A DNA stretch of 64,000 bases, from the NCBI GenBank assembly GCA_028280805.1, contig JANQLB010000053.1, positions 1,372 to 65,371 on the forward strand, read 5' to 3'. Below, one piece after another: positions 51,667 to 60,873 of the stretch. A program made the translations under genes and the position numbers. The stretch is from Tissierellales bacterium. GTDB taxonomy: Bacteria > Bacillota > Clostridia > Tissierellales > VENL01. The notes beneath the pieces were generated by a model. The model did not search any database and was not told where the DNA came from. It worked only from the letters and a program-made list of their open reading frames with translations. How positions within the stretch are numbered: position 1 is the stretch's first letter; each line of letters opens with the position of its first letter.

Positions 51667-52602
51667 CTAATCCCTTAAAGCTTTACCTGTTAGATGTAAG
51701 AACACTGCTTCAAGATTAGGCTTCTTAATATCTATGGATAATATATTACTTTCTGTTTCCGCCGTTTTTGATATTAAATCCTTAAAAATATTCTCACCAT
51801 TTTGGGTAGTTAATATCATTTCATTTTCATGAGTTTCTACTTTTTCAACATATTCAATAGTCTTAATTATACTAATAAGTGTATCATCTACATGGTCAAG
51901 TTTAATATTTATTTTCTTCTGACCCTTAATAATATCAACTAATTCCTCCTGAGTTCCTGATGCAATAATTTCTCCCATATCCATAATACTTATTCTGGAA
52001 CAAAGGTACTCAACCTCTTCCATATAATGGCTGGTATATATAATAGTCATACCTTCTTCGTTAAGCTTTAGAACTGTGTCAAGAATATGATTTCTTGATT
52101 GCGGATCAATTCCCACCGTAGGTTCATCCATGATTAATAAATCCGGCTTATGCAGTAAAGCCGCCCCGATGTTTATTCTTCTTTTCATTCCTCCGGAATA
52201 TTTTTCTATCTTATCCTTTAACCTGTCTTTAATTCCAATTACTTGAGATATATCTTCAATTCTCTTATTTAATTCGCTTCCTCTTAAACCGTAAGCATGA
52301 CCCCAGAATTTCAAATTTTCCAGACCTGATAGAGTAGGATATAATGCTATTTCTTGAGGTACTACTCCCAGTTTTTGCTGAATAGCCTTAGGTTTTTCTA
52401 CAATGCTTTCTCCATTGTAAGTTATTTCTCCAGATGTTGGATTAAAAAGAGTTGAAATCATAGATATGGTTGTAGACTTACCAGCCCCGTTAGGTCCTAA
52501 AAGTCCAAAAACCTCACCCTTTTTTACATCGAAGGTGATTCCATTAACAGCCTTTACTTCTTTAAAATATTTCTTTAGATTATTAACCTTTAATAATGAC
52601 AT
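51667..52602 (-). CDS. ABC exporter ATP-binding protein (LnrL/YfiL-like)
   Basis: GPNGAGKST, YSGGMKRRINI, MDEPTVGIDPQSRN, SHYMEE. Confidence 0.9.
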   Translation of the reverse strand: MSLLKVNNLKKYFKEVKAVNGITFDVKKGEVFGLLGPNGAGKSTTISMISTLFNPTSGEITYNGESIVEKPKAIQQKLGVVPQEIALYPTLSGLENLKFWGHAYGLRGSELNKRIEDISQVIGIKDRLKDKIEKYSGGMKRRINIGAALLHKPDLLIMDEPTVGIDPQSRNHILDTVLKLNEEGMTIIYTSHYMEEVEYLCSRISIMDMGEIIASGTQEELVDIIKGQKKINIKLDHVDDTLISIIKTIEYVEKVETHENEMILTTQNGENIFKDLISKTAETESNILSIDIKKPNLEAVFLHLTGKALRD

Positions 52603-52748
52603 ATTAATTTCCTCCTTATTTTTATTTCTTTGATATATATAGTTATATAATAATAAAAAACATCCATTATTTCTTATACCCTTATATAATAAAGTATAGC
52701 AGAAAGATATTCATCCCTCTTCCAAGTGGTTAGTTGCTTATGTAATTA

Positions 52749-52777
52749 ACTATATATGTGTATAAGTTTTTTGTCAA
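52749..52777 (-). promoter_or_regulatory. Sigma-A promoter of the exporter operon
   Basis: TTGACA-17-TATAGT. Confidence 0.6.
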
Positions 52778-52966
52778 CCCTTTTTTGTCGTTTTTTCTTT
52801 TGAGAACTTTCCTATTTAAATAAGAAAAGTCCATATAAAAAATATAACTAACATAATTATGATTTAAAATGAACTGTAAAAATTTAAACGAATGATATAT
52901 AGGTTATACTAAAGCTAATAAAGCATAATACTTAAACAATTTTTAAGAAGAAAGGAGCTTTAATAG

Positions 52967-54025
52967 ATGAAATCAATATCACATAGAATATCTATACCGT
53001 CCATTTTAGAGTCAGGTCCTAATGCATTAGATAGAATAGGTTATCTTCTAAATCGAGAAGAATTAGATAATATAGTTCTTTTTTATGATAAAGATATAAA
53101 AAAAATATTAGGAGATAGGATAGAAAAAAATCTAAAGGATTTTTATATTACGTTTATAAGCAACACTATTGAAACTATTGACTATTTCTCAATAATTCAA
53201 ATGGCTTATTCAATTCCGGACAATGCAGACTCCATAGTAGCAATTGGCGGTGGAAGAATTTTAGATGCAGCAAAGTATATGGCTTTTTTAAGACGATTAC
53301 CATTTATCAGTATACCTACATCTACATCTAATGATGGTTTCAGTAGTCCTGTTGCATCACTGGTGATAAACGAAAAACGAACCACTGTACCTGCTAAAGT
53401 CCCCTATGGTGTTATTGTTGATACAACTGTCATTGCTAATGCTCCAAATTGCTTCATTTTTTCAGGAATAGGAGATTTGATCTCAAATATTACTGCCTTA
53501 TGGGACTGGAGATATGAAGAAAGTAAAGGTAAAGGTCATGTTGATGATTTTGCTGCTATGATTTCAAGTAAATCGGTAGATAGCTTTTTTTGCCTTCCTT
53601 TTAGTTCAATAAAAGAACCTAAGTTTATACACAGCTTAGTTGACTCATTAATAATGAATGGTATTGCTATGGAAATCAGCGGTAGTTCAGCCCCTTCGAG
53701 CGGAAGTGAACACCTTATTTCTCATGCTTTAGACAAAGTTGTTCAGAAACCATACCTTCATGGTATACAAGTTGGAATAGCTACATACATTGTCAGCCAA
53801 GTTCAAAATAACAAAGTACAAGATATTTTAAATCTGTTAAAAATAACAGGCTTTTGGAATTATGCAAGTTCTTTAAATTTTAAAGCTAAGGATTTTCTAA
53901 AAGCAATTGATCTCGCACCTTCTATTAAACCAAAAAGATATACAATTTTACATATTGAAGAAAACCGAAAAAAAGCAAAAAAAATTTTGCTTACAGACCC
54001 TTTATTAAAACAAATTTTTACTTAG
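52967..54025 (+). CDS. Glycerol-1-phosphate dehydrogenase-like (EgsA/AraM, Fe-ADH family)
   Basis: GGGRILD..K, PTSTSNDGFSSP, GIGD..SN.TA..DW, SGSEH..SHALD, HG.QVG. Confidence 0.8.
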   Translation: MKSISHRISIPSILESGPNALDRIGYLLNREELDNIVLFYDKDIKKILGDRIEKNLKDFYITFISNTIETIDYFSIIQMAYSIPDNADSIVAIGGGRILDAAKYMAFLRRLPFISIPTSTSNDGFSSPVASLVINEKRTTVPAKVPYGVIVDTTVIANAPNCFIFSGIGDLISNITALWDWRYEESKGKGHVDDFAAMISSKSVDSFFCLPFSSIKEPKFIHSLVDSLIMNGIAMEISGSSAPSSGSEHLISHALDKVVQKPYLHGIQVGIATYIVSQVQNNKVQDILNLLKITGFWNYASSLNFKAKDFLKAIDLAPSIKPKRYTILHIEENRKKAKKILLTDPLLKQIFT

Positions 54026-54192
54026 TTTATAAAAAATCAAAAAATATGTTATTCTACAGGAAAAATTTTTTTATTATGATAATAAAATATACAAATAACT
54101 TAATACATACATTATAATTATATTAAAGATAAATAAAATCTTTTAGAATTAATTTTAGTTTTTCAAATCATTTCATTTGAGGGGGATTAATT

Positions 54193-55068
54193 ATGAATGA
54201 TTTCTGGATGTATATTAATGAAAATCAATTATTTAACAAACTGATTTGGACCTTCGTTGGATTAATCGGAGCAGTTCTTTTAGCTCGTATAATCAATCAT
54301 ATTGCATATTCAATAGGCGATAAGAATAACACAAATTCTTATTATATGGTTAAAAAAAGAGTTTATTACGTTTTTAGCTCACTATTTATTTTTTATTGCA
54401 TATTTTTATGGTCAGATTCAACTGTTAATCTTACAACATATTTTGGACTTGTCTCTGCCGGAATAGCTATTGCTCTAAAAGATTTATTTACAAATATCGC
54501 TGCTTGGCTGTTCATTATGTTAAGAAAACCTTTTGAGGTAAGTGATAGAATAGAGATAAATGGACACCAAGGTGATGTTATAGATATTCGGATGTTTCAA
54601 TTTACTTTAATGGAAATATCATCTTTTGAAAATGGAGAACAAAGTACGGGACGTGTTGTCACAATCCCCAATCAATACATATTCTTATATACATTGACCA
54701 ATTATAACAAGGGGTTTAAATATATTTGGAATGAAATTAAGGTGCTTATTACATTTGAAAGTGATTGGGAAAAGGCTAAAAAGATATTAACTGAGATAAG
54801 CAGACGTCATTCTTTACACTTGCATGAAGAGGCTTCTAAAATGTTAAGACAAGCAAAGAAAAAGTATATGATACATTATAAAAAATTAACTCCTATAGTA
54901 TATTTAGATGTTAAAGAAAGCGGAGTACAATTAAGCGTGAGGTATCTGTGTTTACCTCGCCAAAGAAGAAACACTATAAACGATATATGGGAAGATATAC
55001 TTAAGGAATTTGAACAGGCAGAAAATATTCGTTTGGCTTATCCAACCATAAGAGTAAGTAAAAGTTAA
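54193..55068 (+). CDS. MscS-family mechanosensitive channel
   Basis: AGIAIALKD, KPF.V.DRIEI...GDV.DI, IPN, AYPT. Confidence 0.88.
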   Translation: MNDFWMYINENQLFNKLIWTFVGLIGAVLLARIINHIAYSIGDKNNTNSYYMVKKRVYYVFSSLFIFYCIFLWSDSTVNLTTYFGLVSAGIAIALKDLFTNIAAWLFIMLRKPFEVSDRIEINGHQGDVIDIRMFQFTLMEISSFENGEQSTGRVVTIPNQYIFLYTLTNYNKGFKYIWNEIKVLITFESDWEKAKKILTEISRRHSLHLHEEASKMLRQAKKKYMIHYKKLTPIVYLDVKESGVQLSVRYLCLPRQRRNTINDIWEDILKEFEQAENIRLAYPTIRVSKS

Positions 55069-55170
55069 ATGTATTTAAACTCATATGTTACAACAACATA
55101 ACTTTATGATTTTTTTAACACTTTATTTTATCTGCTATAATAATGTTAAAAAACAATATAAAGCTGAAGA

Positions 55171-55779
55171 TTACTCTCCAGCTTCAATATCAGAATCACT
55201 TTCCATAGAAAATAAGGCTGAAAAAAAGTGAAATTCTTTTAAACCTTCTTTATCATTCTTATTTTTATCTTTATCTGAAAATTCCTTAATAATTCTCCTC
55301 AACTCTTTAGCTTCTTCATCGGTTAAATATATGTTAGAGAGAGTAAAATCGCTTGTACTATCATTATCATTCTCATTCTCTTTCTGAATGTTTTCTATAT
55401 TTTCTATTGCATTTAGAACAATTCTTTTACTCTCATCATATATAGATGAGATAGTCCTTTGCAATTCATTTTTGAAAAGCTTAGTTATTTGAGGATTAGT
55501 TTTGTCGCATTCTATAGAGAAGCTATCTGCTGTTAATTCATAATACTTTGCAATTATACCTTTGATTTCTTTAGTATGAGAAAGTTTCAATATACCTGCT
55601 TGTAGCATCTTCTTTACATGATAATGTACCTTTGCAGGTGTTTCTCCCATGCTATCAGCTATTTCCTTAACTGTTGCAGGTCTATTAAATTTTTTATAGC
55701 TAAACATTATTTGTACTCTATATGGGTCAGAAAAGGTCTTTATTTGCTCAGGAGTAGTTAACGTTATAATTTTTTTCAT
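55171..55779 (-). CDS. ArsR-like winged-HTH regulator
   Basis: SDPYR..I, TVKEIA..MGE.PAKVHYH.K.....G; ATG 55779 follows GAGGTGA. Confidence 0.8.
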   Translation of the reverse strand: MKKIITLTTPEQIKTFSDPYRVQIMFSYKKFNRPATVKEIADSMGETPAKVHYHVKKMLQAGILKLSHTKEIKGIIAKYYELTADSFSIECDKTNPQITKLFKNELQRTISSIYDESKRIVLNAIENIENIQKENENDNDSTSDFTLSNIYLTDEEAKELRRIIKEFSDKDKNKNDKEGLKEFHFFSALFSMESDSDIEAGE

Positions 55780-55857
55780 AATTATCACCTCTACCCCATT
55801 ATACATTAATTTAGCTATTTTAGGAAATTTCAATTATCATTGATTTCGGTATATCTC

Positions 55858-57117
55858 TTAAGCCTTCCTAAAATCCTTATTTAAAAGAGCTAAAAATGGT
55901 ATAAATATTAAAATACTTCCCATTAATAAGAATAAGTGCGGTATAGACATTGATTCAGATAAAAATCCTGTAACAACTCCGCCTAAAGGCTGTGCACTTA
56001 ATGTAACCATACTCATTAACCCAATAACTCTTCCAAGTAATGCCTTAGGAGTACAAGCATACAAATGAGCTTTTAAGGGAGATGTTATTACCGGCATCAT
56101 TAGCCCAAAAACAAAAAAGGATAAAAAGCCAATAACTATAGGCGGCACTATTAGATTGTTAATTACCTCTACTAAACTTAAAGCAGTATAACTAAAGCCG
56201 ATGAAAACTAATCCAAAAACAACTGAATATGATTTCTTAAACTTTGAACCAATCTGAGCAAATATTACTCCCCCAATAATCATTCCAATTGGAAACCCCA
56301 GATTTAAAAATCCATATGCCTCCGCTCCTTCTGAAAGGACATCCTTAACATAGGCTGGTAGCAAAACATTCACAGGTGTCAAACAGAAGTTAGTTATAGC
56401 AAATAGTAAGATACTTATTATAAGTAGTATTTCCTTTTTAATAAAAGTGAATCCTTCTTTTAAATTGGAAAAATATGATTTGACATTCAGTTTTATACCT
56501 TCTTCTTTTTTTTCTTCTAGTTTCAAAAAAGAAATCAGTATACAAGATGTAAAGAACGTCAATCCATCAACTAATATAGCTCCGGCAATACCAATTGTTC
56601 CAATAAGAAATCCTGCACTGCCTATTCCTATCAACTGAGCAAAAGATGCAGTTGAAGTTGAGAATGAACTTGCACTTAAGTGTAATTTTTCAGGTAAAAT
56701 CAGAGGTACTAAAGAGGTTTTTGCAGGTGATACAAAAGTTTCGATAGTTGAACATATGAATGTAAAAACAAACAGATGCCATGGTTCTAACTGATTAGTA
56801 AAAAATAAAACTGCTGTTATTGAGGCAACTAAACCTCTTCCAATATCCCCTAATATAATTACTTTTTTCTTAGAGAAATAATCTACAAGAACACCTGAAA
56901 ACGGACTGAATATAATGCCAGGTATGGCATTTACTGCAAAAATAGTACCTAATAATATTTTAGAGCCTGTAAGAGAATAAACCATCCAAGAGTATGCAAT
57001 CATATTAACTGAATCACCAAATCTTGAAATTGTATTAGATACGAGCACAAGAAAATATGATTTGTAATGAAATAAATCTCTAATTCCAATTTTTTGATCT
57101 TTTTTAACATTTTCCAT
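55858..57117 (-). CDS. MFS exporter (DHA3/MefA-like)
   Basis: ISRFGD, G..VD...KK...I..D..RG, LLGRV; about 12 TMs. Confidence 0.88.
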   Translation of the reverse strand: MENVKKDQKIGIRDLFHYKSYFLVLVSNTISRFGDSVNMIAYSWMVYSLTGSKILLGTIFAVNAIPGIIFSPFSGVLVDYFSKKKVIILGDIGRGLVASITAVLFFTNQLEPWHLFVFTFICSTIETFVSPAKTSLVPLILPEKLHLSASSFSTSTASFAQLIGIGSAGFLIGTIGIAGAILVDGLTFFTSCILISFLKLEEKKEEGIKLNVKSYFSNLKEGFTFIKKEILLIISILLFAITNFCLTPVNVLLPAYVKDVLSEGAEAYGFLNLGFPIGMIIGGVIFAQIGSKFKKSYSVVFGLVFIGFSYTALSLVEVINNLIVPPIVIGFLSFFVFGLMMPVITSPLKAHLYACTPKALLGRVIGLMSMVTLSAQPLGGVVTGFLSESMSIPHLFLLMGSILIFIPFLALLNKDFRKA

Positions 57118-57164
57118 AGTATAACCCCTTTCGATATAAATTTTATTCTTTAAAATATTTTTTT

Positions 57165-57183
57165 CGTTAAATATTTTTTAACG
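57165..57183. promoter_or_regulatory. Palindromic operator upstream of the MFS-regulator operon
   Basis: CGTTAAA-tattt-TTTAACG. Confidence 0.45.
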
Positions 57184-57393
57184 TTAATTTTATTTTAATG
57201 ACCTTTTTTGGTTTTGTCAATAAAAATTTTCTATCATAATATTGCAATTTTTACTAAAAATAATTATAATGACAATGTAACAGATTATTCGTTATATTGT
57301 TAACATTTCTATATTAATGCTTAATAATTTTGTTGCGCTTTTTTAATACTATTAACAAAAAATTTAACTTCAAAGGATTCGGAGGGGATTACT

Positions 57394-57729
57394 ATGTCAA
57401 AAAAATATAAAGTTCTTGTAATAGCTTATAGAAACGTCGATGAAAAAATTCTGAACAAAATCTCTAGATATTCTATTAAGACCATTGATTCAGAAGATGA
57501 TATGGAAAATGTTTCAACATTCTGTTCAAGAGGGTTTAATATGAATGATAGAATATGTATATATCTTGGATGGTTTAAAGATGAGGCAAAGAAAAAAATC
57601 AATGAAGGATATGAAGTTAGTATATTAGAATTGCCTTCTGAATTAAGTGACAACAAAGTTGATGCAATCGAATTTTTAGATGCTGCATATGAAGATGATT
57701 TATTAGTTATTGGTAAGGTTGATGTTTAG
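57394..57729 (+). CDS. Hypothetical acidic protein
   Basis: RBS GGAGGGG, terminator directly after the stop. Confidence 0.7.
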   Translation: MSKKYKVLVIAYRNVDEKILNKISRYSIKTIDSEDDMENVSTFCSRGFNMNDRICIYLGWFKDEAKKKINEGYEVSILELPSELSDNKVDAIEFLDAAYEDDLLVIGKVDV

Positions 57730-57764
57730 AAAAAAAGAATGCTGAAATTCAGCATTCTTTTTTT
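57729..57764. terminator. Bidirectional terminator
   Basis: AAAAAAGAATGCTG-aaatt-CAGCATTCTTTTTT. Confidence 0.8.
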
Positions 57765-59364
57765 ATTTAGTAATAACTCTGTCTTCTTTATCTGTTTTAC
57801 CCCTTTTAATGCTTCCATCTTCTAGTTTAATATAGCTGTCAGCTACCTTGTTAATGAAGTATCTGTCATGAGAAACGAATATTAGTGTTCCGTCATAATC
57901 TAAAAGGGCTTTTTCTAGTATTTCCTTTGAACTAATATCTAGATGATTTGTAGGCTCATCCATTATTAATAAGTTAGGTTTTAAAGATAAAAGCTTAGCA
58001 AAGGTTAATCTTATTCTCTCACCACCACTTAAGCATGATATTTTCTTTTTTACATCATCTTGGTAAAACATAAATTGAGCTAATAGACTTCTGGCTTGAA
58101 AGTTATTATAACCTAAGTATAAGTGTATCTCATCTAATAATGTATTAGTATCATTAAGCTGTTTATGCTCTTGGTCAAAATAACCAATTTCCACACCATT
58201 ATCAAAGTTAATTATACCTGAAGATGCTTCTATTAAACCGTTAAGTATCTTCAGTAAAGTAGATTTACCTATTCCGTTTTCTCCTAATATTGCAATCTTT
58301 TCTCCCCATTTTACCTCAAAACTTATATTTTCAAATAAAACTTTATTCTCAAACTGTTTACTAAGTTCTTTTACTTTTAAAGCTACACCGGACTTATTAT
58401 GGTTTGTTTTAAAAGATAAATTCATAGTTTTATCATGAGCAGGTTTATTAATTTTAGGCAGATTTTCCAGCATAATTTCTCTGTTTTTGATTTGTGAAAA
58501 CTTTTTCTGCTTTCTAAAATTTATTATTTGCTCTTCAAGCCTTTTCCTTTCTTTATCAATACTAATATAATCTCTTCTTTGCTGTTGTAATTCAATATTC
58601 TTTAGCTCAATATATTTAGTGTAGTTTCCCTTATACTCTTTAAGAGTTTTGTGTTTTAATTCTAAAACTTTATTTACTGTTCTATCCATAAAATATCTAT
58701 CATGAGATACCAATAGAACAGCTCCTTTATAGTATTTAATGTACTTCTCCAGCCATTCTATAGAAGCAATATCTAAGTGATTAGTAGGTTCATCTAACAG
58801 TAATAAATCAGGGTTATACGCCAATAGCTTTGCCAGCTTAATTTTTGTCTTTTCTCCACCGCTAAAACTTTCTATCCTCTGGTTAAATTGACTGTCATTA
58901 AAACTTAAGCCGTATAATACTTGATTAATTCTTGTATCAATGTTATATCCATCATTTATCTCATATTGCTCTACTAATTTGCCATATTTTTTTGTGATCT
59001 CATCAAGCTTTTCTTTATTAGAATATACTTCTTTAGATGCCAGCATCATCTCATAGTCCAATATTTTTCTCTTTAAATTAAATAAACTTTTAAAAGATGT
59101 AAGCATCTCTTCATATAGTGTGTTATATTCATTCAATCCGGTTGCTTGATTTAAAATTCCTATAGTAATATTCTTGGCAAAAAGTATTTTTCCACTATCA
59201 TAATCATCTTGACTCATGACTATATTCAAAAGAGTGGTTTTCCCCTCTCCATTATTTCCAATCAAAGCTACTCTATCTACTTCATTTATTTGAAAGGATA
59301 CATTACTAAAAATGTTCCTTATACCAAACCATTTTTCTAAATTATTAATTGACAAAATACTCAT
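57763..59364 (-). CDS. ABC-F family ribosome-associated ATPase
   Basis: Two NBDs (GNNGEGKTT, GENGIGKST; SGGE; DEPTNHLD; SHDRYF twice), arm and linker, no TM. Confidence 0.92.
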   Translation of the reverse strand: MSILSINNLEKWFGIRNIFSNVSFQINEVDRVALIGNNGEGKTTLLNIVMSQDDYDSGKILFAKNITIGILNQATGLNEYNTLYEEMLTSFKSLFNLKRKILDYEMMLASKEVYSNKEKLDEITKKYGKLVEQYEINDGYNIDTRINQVLYGLSFNDSQFNQRIESFSGGEKTKIKLAKLLAYNPDLLLLDEPTNHLDIASIEWLEKYIKYYKGAVLLVSHDRYFMDRTVNKVLELKHKTLKEYKGNYTKYIELKNIELQQQRRDYISIDKERKRLEEQIINFRKQKKFSQIKNREIMLENLPKINKPAHDKTMNLSFKTNHNKSGVALKVKELSKQFENKVLFENISFEVKWGEKIAILGENGIGKSTLLKILNGLIEASSGIINFDNGVEIGYFDQEHKQLNDTNTLLDEIHLYLGYNNFQARSLLAQFMFYQDDVKKKISCLSGGERIRLTFAKLLSLKPNLLIMDEPTNHLDISSKEILEKALLDYDGTLIFVSHDRYFINKVADSYIKLEDGSIKRGKTDKEDRVITK

Positions 59365-59382
59365 CTTTATTACCTCCAGAAC

Positions 59383-59512
59383 ATAAAGTAAGACTCAGTT
59401 CAGGTGGAGTTTTAACTCCATCTGAACGCATAGTCGTCTTATCCGAATACTATGCAATTCTTTACTCATAGCTTTGAAGTGGGAGTATTAGAATTGTAAG
59501 CTATCGGATAAA
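59383..59512 (+). repeat. Most intact copy of a two-hairpin palindromic element (MITE/REP-like)
   Basis: GTTCAGGTGGAGT-ttta-ACTCCATCTGAAC, then TTATCCGA..CAATTCT..TACTC / GAGTA..AGAATTG..TCGGATAA. Confidence 0.8.
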
Positions 59513-59622
59513 GTAAATTATTTTAAACTTTAATGCCCATGAGGTCACATTTTTTATTTTAATATATGATTTTGATTTAAATTTCAATGATTAAGAATAA
59601 TGATTGATTAAAAGTAAAAAAC

Positions 59623-59649
59623 AAAAAAACATGGTATTTACCCATGTTT
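59623..59649 (-). terminator. Leader terminator upstream of ABC-F
   Basis: Minus strand AAACATGG-gtaaata-CCATGTTTTTTT. Confidence 0.65.
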
Positions 59650-59792
59650 ACTCTCATTAAATTTACTTAATTCTGTACAAAAACAACCATGTAAATAATA
59701 TTACTAAAACAGAATTAAATACGGACTTTGGGTAAATTTTTTTCTACTTTTATGTGACCTGAAAATGGGCATAGCTATCCCGTTATTCTATC

Positions 59793-59864
59793 TTAAGACA
59801 GAATCATAAAAGAACTTACCAAAAATTCCGTTTTTTTGCTGGTAATTCTTTCAAAACAGGTCAC
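59793..59864 (-). CDS. Putative 23-aa leader peptide MTCFERITSKKTEFLVSSFMILS
   Basis: RBS AGGAGTGA 8 nt before GTG; lies in the structured ABC-F leader. Confidence 0.45.
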   Translation of the reverse strand: MTCFERITSKKTEFLVSSFMILS

Positions 59865-60048
59865 TTAAATCATCACTCCTCTCATTAAAATTTAATATTT
59901 GTTTATATTATACCCATAATCTGTTGTATAATCAAGGAAAATACATTTTAAAAATATAATAATTACAATTAATATATTTAATTTTAAAAACCAATAATAT
60001 AATTGTAAGCAAAAGTGCTTGCAAAAAATTCTCCACGGAGGTTATTTA

Positions 60049-60333
60049 ATGCATAATTATACAAATAATTTTGAAATGAATTTAAGGTCTTTTGAAATTC
60101 AAGAAGCTAGAAATAGAATGAACTCAGCTAATGCTAATCAATCTAGCTTAGGATTAAATGCCTCGGTTAATAATTTGAATTCAGACACAACTTCATATCT
60201 AAATAATTATACTAATTTATCTTCATTAAATCAAGTTCCTAACTTAAACAATACACTTTCAGTTGATTATAATGAAGTTCAACATGCTAAGGGAAAAATG
60301 CATGAAAGTTCAACTACAAATTTAATGTCATAA
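60049..60333 (+). CDS. Small Asn/Ser-rich hypothetical protein
   Basis: RBS GGAGGT before ATG 60049; terminator after the stop. Confidence 0.65.
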   Translation: MHNYTNNFEMNLRSFEIQEARNRMNSANANQSSLGLNASVNNLNSDTTSYLNNYTNLSSLNQVPNLNNTLSVDYNEVQHAKGKMHESSTTNLMS

Positions 60334-60346
60334 CTTTTTTAACAAT

Positions 60347-60378
60347 AAACAGGCTAGGTCTTTATCTAGCCTGTTTTT
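60347..60378. terminator. Terminator between convergent genes
   Basis: AAACAGGCTAG...CTAGCCTGTTT. Confidence 0.7.
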
Positions 60379-60389
60379 AGTTAAAATTA

Positions 60390-60746
60390 TTAGTATCTAA
60401 ATCCGGGTCCGTAACCATAACCGTAATATGGAGTTCTTCTTCTTCTAAATAAACTACCTAATAATAAAAGTGCTATAAAATCTCTTGCTAACCTCCCTCT
60501 TCCATAGAAAGGTCTACGTAACATACCTATACTTCTAGTACGATTTCTTCTCTCACCAATATCTTCTTTAAGCTCCGGAAGTTCTTCTACTAATTCATCA
60601 TATATTTCGTTAACCATTTCATCAAGTTTTTCATTAGATGGGAGAGTTTGAGCTGGCAACTCATTGATATGTCTGTTTATACAATCGTTTACTATGGGCT
60701 CAACACGGTTATAAAGCTCAGGATACATATTTGCATAATTGTCCAC
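60390..60746 (-). CDS. Spore-coat-like hypothetical protein
   Basis: YPE.Y..V.P.V...C, MV.EIY, RD.I..LLL..L, Gly/Tyr-rich tail; RBS AGGAGG. Confidence 0.6.
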   Translation of the reverse strand: MDNYANMYPELYNRVEPIVNDCINRHINELPAQTLPSNEKLDEMVNEIYDELVEELPELKEDIGERRNRTRSIGMLRRPFYGRGRLARDFIALLLLGSLFRRRRTPYYGYGYGPGFRY

Positions 60747-60873
60747 TACCTTACCTCCTTACTTTTATACATTTTTTTATTTAATAATAGTTTATGTTTA
60801 AGATTGTATTTTGCTACTATATCTCTTGTAAGATGAGGTAAGTAATCTTAAAAAAATTTAAATTCATATTAAA

